A stretch of 31,420 bases of DNA, from positions 1 through 31,420 of the forward strand of contig JAWOHE010000051.1 in the NCBI GenBank assembly GCA_046485285.1, read 5' to 3'. Positions within the stretch are counted from its first letter, which is position 1, and each line of letters starts with the position of its first letter. The notes beneath the pieces are model-generated. The model was given only the letters and a program-made list of their open reading frames with translations, did no database searches and was not told where the DNA came from. Below, piece by piece: positions 25,582-31,420 of the stretch. The position numbers and the translations under genes are program-made. The stretch comes from a bacterium. GTDB taxonomy: Bacteria > Hydrothermota > Tepidihabitantia > Tepidihabitantales > Tepidihabitantaceae.

Positions 25582-26787
25582 TCAGCGGGCGATGACCACC
25601 CTGCGGACCGGCAGTGCGTCCTGCGCCAAACGCGTCTCCCTCACGAAATACACCCCCGGGCTGAGGCGCGAAACGTCGTTCGGGCCGGGGGAGAGAGCCA
25701 TCACCTTCCGGCCGGAGGCGTCGAGGAGGACGATTGCAGATTGCAGGTTGATGGTTGCAGAATGCAGATTGAGAGAGCCCCGGACGATGGTCGGGCGCGG
25801 CTCGGCCGGGGGCTGTCCCCGGCCCGGCTCTTCCGCGGTGCCCGCGCCGCCGTAGAACTCGATGACCTGCAGGCCGTAGGTGTAGTCCGCCACATAGGCA
25901 TACACGCCCGCGACCACCACGTCCTCGGCATTGCCCGACGTATCATAGAAGCCGACTTCCTGCGGGTCCGTCGGGTCGGACACATCGACCACCCGCAGGC
26001 CGGCGTTGTCGTCCGCGATGTAGGCGTACCGGCCGTCAATCGCCACGCTATAGGCGGCGTCCGGGGTATCGAAGAAACCGACCTCCAGCGGGTCGGCCGG
26101 GTCGGACACGGCGATCACCCGCAGGCCCTCCGCGAAATCGGCGACGAACGCGTACTCCCCGGCGATTGCCACGCCGCAGGCATTGCCCGGGGTGGCGCAG
26201 GACCCAGTCTCGTGCGGGTTCTCCGGGTCGGACACGTCAATCACCCGCAGACCGGACCCGAAATCCGCGACATAGGCGTGCTCACCGGCCAGCGCCACGC
26301 AGTAGGCACGGCCCGGCGTGTCGTAGAACCCGACCTCCCGCGGGTCGGCCGGGTCGGACACATCAACCACCCGCATACCCTGCTCGAAATCCGCCACGTA
26401 GGCCAGGTCCCCGGCCAGGGCGACGTGGTAGGCGTAGCCCGGCGTGTCGCAGAATCCGACCTCCCGCGGGTCGGCCGGGTCGGAGATGTCAACGACCCGC
26501 AGACCCTCCGCGAAATCGGCCACGAAGGCATACTCCCCGGCGACCGCCACGGCGTAGGCCCAGCCCGGGGTGTCGCAAGACCCGATCTCCCGCGGGTCGG
26601 CCGGGTCGGAGACGTCAATCACCCGCAGGCCATCTTCCCAATCCGCCACAAAGGCGTAATCGCCACTGACCACTACCCCGAAGGCGCGCCCCGGCGTGTC
26701 GCAGGTGCCGACCAGCCGGCAGTTGAGCGAATCGGCCGTCGCGACCCCGAACAGGCCCAGGCTGACGAACAACGCGACTGCTCTCAT
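25582..26787 (-). CDS. LVIVD-repeat seven-bladed beta-propeller with short T9SS-type C-terminal domain
   Basis: Seven 42-aa units DTPG.A..V.V.G.YAYVAD...GLRV.DVSDP..P.EVG; signal peptide; tail cassette. Confidence 0.9.
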   Translation of the reverse strand: MRAVALFVSLGLFGVATADSLNCRLVGTCDTPGRAFGVVVSGDYAFVADWEDGLRVIDVSDPADPREIGSCDTPGWAYAVAVAGEYAFVADFAEGLRVVDISDPADPREVGFCDTPGYAYHVALAGDLAYVADFEQGMRVVDVSDPADPREVGFYDTPGRAYCVALAGEHAYVADFGSGLRVIDVSDPENPHETGSCATPGNACGVAIAGEYAFVADFAEGLRVIAVSDPADPLEVGFFDTPDAAYSVAIDGRYAYIADDNAGLRVVDVSDPTDPQEVGFYDTSGNAEDVVVAGVYAYVADYTYGLQVIEFYGGAGTAEEPGRGQPPAEPRPTIVRGSLNLHSATINLQSAIVLLDASGRKVMALSPGPNDVSRLSPGVYFVRETRLAQDALPVRRVVIAR

Positions 26788-27014
26788 ACTACCCCGCTAC
26801 TTCTGGATGATGACCTTCGCACTCGACCCCCCGACCCCTTGACCCCTCGACCCCTCCGCCCGGATGAAATACACCCCCGGGCTGAGGCGCGAAACGTCGT
26901 TCGGGCCGGGGGAGAGAGCCATCACCTTCCGGCCGGAGGCGTCGAGGAGGACGATTGCAGATTGCAGGTTGATGGTTGCAGAATGCAGATTGAGAGAGCC
27001 CCGGACGATGGTCG
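25645..27014. repeat. 149-bp C-terminal cassette: identical copies at 25645-25793 and 26866-27014; diverged copies at 21908-22056 and 23653-23801
   Basis: Direct comparison; the core GCCATCACCTTCCGGCCGGAGGCGTCGAGGAGGACGATTGCAGATTGCAGGTTG is identical in all four. Confidence 0.92.
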
Positions 27015-29163
27015 CGCCGGCCGCGCGGCGCGCGCCGGGCTTCCCCGGCTCCGCGACGCCGGTCAGCGAGTCGGCGATGACCGAGATCGACGAACTGCCG
27101 GAGTTGGCCACGTAGGCGCGTCCGTTTCCGGTGTTGAAGGCGATCGCCGCGGGGTCACGGCCGACCGGGACGGCGTGGCGGATGGCGTTGGTGGCGCCGT
27201 CGATGAGCGTCAGCCGCCGGTTGCGGGCGCCGCAATAGGCCAGGTCGGTGTGCTCGCTGTAGCCGACCGCGCTCCCGGGGTTCGAGCCGAGGCTGACGAG
27301 CGCGACCAGGCTGTCCACGGAGCAGTCAATCACCGCCACCTTGCCGTCGTTGCTGATCGAGCAGTAGACCTTGTTGTGTCGGGGATTGTAGGCGAGCCAG
27401 TACGGGTAGGTTCCGCCGACCGCCACGGTGGCGACGACGGTGTCGGCCGAGCAGTCGATGACCGAGACGGTGCTGTCGCCGTAGTTCGACACGTAGACCT
27501 TGTTGCCGGCGCTGGCGTGGCAGAGCCGGATCGGCGCCGCGCCTACCGGGATCGTATCGAGCAGGACATTGGTCGCGCCGTCGATGACCGCGACCTGGTT
27601 CCGGCCGCGCAGGGCGACGTAGACCTTGTTGCTCGCCGGGCTGCAGGCGAAGCTGAACGGGTCCGAGCCGACCTTCAGCCGCGCGAGGACTGCGTGGGTC
27701 GCGGCGTCGATGACCAACACCGAGTCCTGCCACTCGTCGGCGCAGTAGACCTTGCCCGCGGCCGGGTTGTAGAGGATGCTCCGCGGGCCGCCGCCGAAAG
27801 GCACCGAGTCGACCAGCGTGCCGGTCGCGGCGTCGATGACCGCGACCCGGCGCGAGGTGTACGCGGCGCAGAAGACCTTGTTGTCCGCGCTGTCGTAACA
27901 GGCCGAGTAGATGTCACGGCCGACGGTGATGTCGGCGATGATGGCGCTGGTTGCGCCGTCGATGACCGTGACCGTCGGGCCGTGGGCGTTCGGGACGTAG
28001 ACGCGGTTCTGGCGGGAATCATAGCAGGCGTCGTATGGGCAGTAGCCGACGTATACCGTCGCGACCGTCGAGTCGGCCGCGCCGTCGACCACGCTCAGGT
28101 TGTTACCGTCCTGGTTGGCGATGTAGACCCGGTTCGCCGCGGCGGCGTGAACCACCGGCCCCGGCGTATAGTCGACCGCGGCGTCGCGGAGCTTGGCATT
28201 GGTCGCGCAGTCGACGATTGTCACCTTGCGGCTGTACTGCATCGTGCAGTAGACCTTGTTGCCGGCAGGGTTGCAGCCGACCGCGTAGGCCTGGCTGACG
28301 GTGAGTGACGTGTCGATGGCGCTGGTCGCGCCGTTGATGACGACGAGCTTGCTCGCGCCGTTGGCCGCGGCGTAGACATTGCCGCTGGTCGGGTTGTAGC
28401 AGATGTCGCGCGTCGTGGCGCCGGTCGCGACCGTCGCGAGCACGGTGTCGGCCGCGCCGTCAATCACCGTGACACTGCCGCTGGTGCTGTTCGCGCTGTA
28501 GACCCTGTTCTGCTGGGAGTTCCAGCAGAGCGCGACCGGGGCGCGGCCGGTCGTGACCGTGGCGACGACGTTGTTCGTCACGCCGTCGATGACCGTCACC
28601 GAGCTGTCGGTCGTGGCGGAGCAGTAGACCTTGTTGTTCGTGGCGTTGACGCAGAACGCGTACGGGTAGCGGCCGGTCGTGACCGTGGCGATGACGCTGT
28701 TCGTCGCGCCGTCGATGACCAGCGCCTGGTTGGTGGACGTGTTGCCGACGTAGACCCGGCCGGTCGCGGGGTTGACGCGTATCTCCGCAGAGGCGTAGCC
28801 GCCGACCGGCACGGTCGCCAGCAGGCCGTTGGTCGCGCAGTCGACGACCAGCAGGTTGGCCTCCGTGGCGGCAGTGGTGACGTAGAGCTTGTTGTTGGCC
28901 GGGTTGCAGGCGAGCGCCCGGACGCCCTCGCCGGCCGGTACCGGGATTCGGCCGATGCGCGCGCCGGTCGCGGCGTCAATCACGACCACCTGGTCGCCAC
29001 CGGCGCCGCCGGCGTAGATTCGGTTGAGCGTGCCGTGGTGGGCCAGCCGCGACGGCCAGCCCACCCCGCCGAGCGTGTCGGGCAGGAGAATCGTGGTCTC
29101 AAGGTACTGGCCGCCGGCCGCGGCCGCGAGCAGGACGAGCGCGAGCAGGACTTTGTGTTGCAT
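26797..29163 (-). CDS. YVTN/YncE-like beta-propeller repeat protein (about 16 repeats) with short T9SS-type C-terminal domain, 788 aa
   Basis: Start MQHKVLLAL at 29163 after AAAGGAG; repeated N.VY......V.VIDGAT..V.ATV.VG units. Confidence 0.9.
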   Translation of the reverse strand: MQHKVLLALVLLAAAAGGQYLETTILLPDTLGGVGWPSRLAHHGTLNRIYAGGAGGDQVVVIDAATGARIGRIPVPAGEGVRALACNPANNKLYVTTAATEANLLVVDCATNGLLATVPVGGYASAEIRVNPATGRVYVGNTSTNQALVIDGATNSVIATVTTGRYPYAFCVNATNNKVYCSATTDSSVTVIDGVTNNVVATVTTGRAPVALCWNSQQNRVYSANSTSGSVTVIDGAADTVLATVATGATTRDICYNPTSGNVYAAANGASKLVVINGATSAIDTSLTVSQAYAVGCNPAGNKVYCTMQYSRKVTIVDCATNAKLRDAAVDYTPGPVVHAAAANRVYIANQDGNNLSVVDGAADSTVATVYVGYCPYDACYDSRQNRVYVPNAHGPTVTVIDGATSAIIADITVGRDIYSACYDSADNKVFCAAYTSRRVAVIDAATGTLVDSVPFGGGPRSILYNPAAGKVYCADEWQDSVLVIDAATHAVLARLKVGSDPFSFACSPASNKVYVALRGRNQVAVIDGATNVLLDTIPVGAAPIRLCHASAGNKVYVSNYGDSTVSVIDCSADTVVATVAVGGTYPYWLAYNPRHNKVYCSISNDGKVAVIDCSVDSLVALVSLGSNPGSAVGYSEHTDLAYCGARNRRLTLIDGATNAIRHAVPVGRDPAAIAFNTGNGRAYVANSGSSSISVIADSLTGVAEPGKPGARRAAGATIVRGSLNLHSATINLQSAIVLLDASGRKVMALSPGPNDVSRLSPGVYFIRAEGSRGQGVGGSSAKVIIQK

Positions 29164-29185
29164 CAGGACTCCTTTGATGACGGCG

Positions 29186-29213
29186 ATGATAGGCCGGCCG
29201 GCACCGCTGTCAA
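29186..29213 (-). promoter_or_regulatory. Sigma-70-type promoter (TTGACA-N16-TATCAT) of the YVTN gene
   Basis: One mismatch versus the copy at 21078-21105. Confidence 0.7.
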
Positions 29214-29236
29214 CGGCCGCGCCGGCCCGGCCGCCA

Positions 29237-29265
29237 TTGACAGCCCGGGGGCCGGTGCCTACACT
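29237..29265 (+). promoter_or_regulatory. Sigma-70-type promoter of rsgA (TTGACA-N17-TACACT)
   Basis: Near-consensus; the GTG start follows 7 nt after the -10. Confidence 0.75.
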
Positions 29266-29272
29266 GGCGGCA

Positions 29273-30304
29273 GTGAGTCTCGCCGAACTGGGCTGGAACG
29301 AGCACTTCGCCCGCGCGCTGGCCGGGCGCGAAGCCGATGGGCTGGCGCCCGCGCGGATCACCGCCCGGGAGAAGGAACGCTGGCTCGCGCACGACGGCAC
29401 GGCCGAGCTGACCTGCGCGCTCGCCGGCCGGCTCCGGCGCGAGGCGGAGCAGTCGGGCGGCTTCCCCGCGGCCGGGGACTGGGTCGCGGTCCGGCCGCTC
29501 GACCGGGCGCGGGCGGCAATCCACGAGCTCCTGCCGCGCCGGACCCGGCTCTCGCGCAAAGTCCCGGGCGCCTGGACCGAGGAGCAGGTCATCGCCGCCA
29601 ACATCGACACGGTCTTCATCGTCGCCGGGCTCGACCGCGACTTCAACCCCCGCCGGGTCGAACGCTACGTCACCGCGGCGCGCGCGGGCGGCGCGGCGCC
29701 GGTCATCGTCCTCAACAAGACCGACCTCTGCCCGGACCCGGCCGCCGCGGCGGACGGGCTCGGCGCGCTCGCGGCCGGCATCGCGGTCCACCCGGTCAGC
29801 GCGCTCGCGGACACCGGGCTCGACGCGCTCCGGCCCTACGCCCGCGCCGGCGAGACGGTCGCCTTCGTCGGCTCGTCCGGGGTCGGCAAATCCTCGCTCA
29901 TCAACCGACTGCTCGGCGTCGAGCGGCAGGCGACCGGCGAAATCAGCCGCGCGGTCGGCAAGGGCCGGCACATCACCACCCGGCGCGAGCTCATCCCGAT
30001 ACCGGGCGGCGGCCTGCTCGTCGACACGCCCGGCCTGCGCGAGCTCCAGCTCTGGGGCGGCGGTGACGACCTCGAGGCCGCGTTCGAGGACATCGAAGCG
30101 CTGGCGCGGCGGTGCCGGTTCCGCGACTGCCGGCACGAGGACGAGCCCGGCTGTGCGGTCCGCGCCGCGGTCGAGGCGGGCGAACTCGAGCTCGAGCGGC
30201 TCCGCAACTACGAGAAGCTCCGGCGCGAGCTCAAGTTCCTCGCCCGTCGGCAGACCTGGTCGAAGATGAAGAAGCACACCCCCCGCCCGCCCGGCCCGGG
30301 TTAG
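29273..30304 (+). CDS. rsgA: Ribosome small subunit-dependent GTPase A
   Basis: AGDWV, LPRRT.LSRK, QVIAANID, LNKTDL, GSSGVGKSSLIN, GRHITT, DTPGLRE, Zn site CRFRDCRHEDEPGC; start VSLAELGW at GTG 29273. Confidence 0.95.
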   Translation: MSLAELGWNEHFARALAGREADGLAPARITAREKERWLAHDGTAELTCALAGRLRREAEQSGGFPAAGDWVAVRPLDRARAAIHELLPRRTRLSRKVPGAWTEEQVIAANIDTVFIVAGLDRDFNPRRVERYVTAARAGGAAPVIVLNKTDLCPDPAAAADGLGALAAGIAVHPVSALADTGLDALRPYARAGETVAFVGSSGVGKSSLINRLLGVERQATGEISRAVGKGRHITTRRELIPIPGGGLLVDTPGLRELQLWGGGDDLEAAFEDIEALARRCRFRDCRHEDEPGCAVRAAVEAGELELERLRNYEKLRRELKFLARRQTWSKMKKHTPRPPGPG

Positions 30305-30328
30305 ACACAAAGACACCGACAGCGTCCT

Positions 30329-30701
30329 GTCACCCCGACCGAGCCCGCCGAGGGTGAGTGGAGAAATCCCTTTCCGGTGCTTCTCATTTCGACCCCCTCC
30401 GTCATTTCGACCGGAGTGGAGAAATCCCTTTCCGGTCGTTGTCATTTCGACCGCAGTGGAGAAATCCCTTTCCGTGCCCGTCATTTCGACCGAAGTGGAG
30501 AAGTCCCTTTCCGGTCGTTGTCATTTCGACCGCAGCGAAGCGCAGTGGAGAAATCCCTTTCCGTGCCCGTCATCTCGACCCCTTCGACTGCGCTCAGAGC
30601 TTGCCCTGAGGTACTCGAAGGGGCAGGCTCCGCGCAGCGGAGTGGAGAAATCCCTCTCCGGTGCTTGTCATTTCGACCGCAGTGGAGAAACCCCTCTCCG
30701 G
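30329..30701. repeat. REP-like tandem array of about 39-40-bp units (GTCATTTCGACC-NN-AGTGGAGAAATCCCTTTCCG)
   Basis: AGTGGAGAA cores at 30357, 30415, 30455, 30494, 30544, 30641 and 30681; TCATTTCGACC-type blocks precede most of them; one unit carries an inserted CCCTTCGA...TCGAAGGGG hairpin. Confidence 0.9.
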
Positions 30702-30808
30702 CTCGTGCCGGACCCTCGGGCCGTGGTACTCATAGCCCGTGGACGCGCTTTCGGCGCTGCGATTAATAGGCTGTCGAACAATCGGCGTCGCCGTGGCATA
30801 ATGCCGCC

Positions 30809-31024
30809 ATGGCGAAGAGCGTCAGGGTAGTCGTCGGTCAGCGCATCCGGGAACTGCGCGAGAAGAAAGGCTGGTCGCAGGAGAAGCTCGCCGAGGAGGC
30901 CGACCTTCACCGCACCTACATCGGCCAGGTCGAGCGCGGCGAGAAGAACATAGGGGTCGAGAACCTCGTGAGGATTGCGGCGGCGCTGGGCTCCACGGCG
31001 GCTGACGTTCTGCGGGGCATCTGA
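30809..31024 (+). CDS. Xre-family HTH regulator (probable restriction-modification controller)
   Basis: GQRIRELREKKGWSQEKLAEEADLHRTYIGQVERGEKN..VENL.RIA.AL; 10 bp upstream of a C5 methyltransferase; TGnCATAAT 6 nt before the ATG. Confidence 0.9.
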   Translation: MAKSVRVVVGQRIRELREKKGWSQEKLAEEADLHRTYIGQVERGEKNIGVENLVRIAAALGSTAADVLRGI

Positions 31025-31034
31025 CGGCAGGGTC

Positions 31035-31420
31035 ATGCCGAAGCAGTACAAGTTCATAGACCTGTTCGCAGGCATCGGAGGGACGCGATTGGCCTTTGAG
31101 GCGGCAGGATGCAGGTGTGTCTTCTCGTCCGAATGGGACAAGCACTGCCAGTTGACCTACGCCGCCAACTTCGGAGAGACACCTCACGGCGACATTCGCC
31201 AACTCCGCTCCGAGGATATCCCTAGGTACGACATCCTGGTGGCGGGTTTTCCCTGTCAGCCATTCTCGATCTCCGGAGTGTCCAAGAAGAACGCCCTCGG
31301 AAGGCCCCATGGTTTCGATGACCCCACTCAGGGAACGCTCTTCTTCGAGTTGAAGCGCATCATACGAGACACACGTCCTCGGGCGTTCCTACTTGAAAAC
31401 GTCAAGAACCTACGCAGTCA
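31035..31420 (+). CDS. dcm: DNA (cytosine-5)-methyltransferase, Dcm/EcoRII-like, truncated by window end
   Basis: Not in ORF track; manual translation FIDLFAGIGG (motif I), SEWD, GDI, GFPCQPFS (motif IV), GVSKKNALGRPHGF..TQGTLFF, LLENVKNL (motif VI). Confidence 0.92.
   Translation, partial: MPKQYKFIDLFAGIGGTRLAFEAAGCRCVFSSEWDKHCQLTYAANFGETPHGDIRQLRSEDIPRYDILVAGFPCQPFSISGVSKKNALGRPHGFDDPTQGTLFFELKRIIRDTRPRAFLLENVKNLRS

Noticed and set aside
21908-27014. Diversity-generating retroelement template/variable repeats
   Set aside because: No reverse transcriptase in the window, all copies lie inside ORFs, two are identical, and differences are not confined to adenines.
24676-28308. 1210-aa plus-strand ORF and other long antisense ORFs (1724-3412, 6982-8997, 11758-13617, 15148-17304, 19277-21127)
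   Set aside because: Shadow frames of real genes in high-GC DNA; no domain motifs, and they mirror the sense-strand repeats.
30329-30701. CRISPR or TIGR-type guide array
   Set aside because: Variable parts are mostly 2-7 nt and themselves recur; there are no unique spacers and no cas or Nop-domain gene in the window.
30354-30830. ORFs spanning the repeat array
   Set aside because: Translations simply reflect the DNA repeat in all three frames; no coding evidence.

Overview
GC-rich bacterial chromosome segment. The short T9SS-type C-terminal tails and protein families suggest an FCB-related lineage such as candidate phylum WOR-3 (inference). (1) 1-6729 is a sigma-54 module. It has a 5'-truncated NtrC-type enhancer-binding protein and three -24/-12 promoters, each preceded by TGTCTC-N6-GAGACA-like sites. 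It also has a stand-alone paralogue of the activator's Fis-type HTH and two homologous three-hairpin non-coding leaders with CUGCCUCC loops. Downstream lie general-stress-type small genes (CsbD, two lmo0937-like, ElaB/YqjD-like, YqjE/holin-X-like). (2) An OmpA-family protein. (3) A decaying locus at 8855-9782: a sigma-2-only ECF fragment and a disrupted ORF resembling the SIRV2-type (Adnaviria) major capsid fold. (4) A translationally coupled five-gene exopolysaccharide operon at 10276-19142: degenerate deacetylase lipoprotein, Ig lipoprotein, GT2 synthase, TPR/beta-barrel exporter, and a GH-DOMON-CE4 fusion. (5) Six secreted-protein genes at 19289-29163. Four share a near-identical 149-bp C-terminal cassette and two share a duplicated promoter/RBS cassette. 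(6) rsgA, a ~40-bp REP-like repeat array, and the start of a probable restriction-modification locus (Xre controller plus Dcm-like C5 methyltransferase). All calls come from reading motifs by eye; no database search was run.
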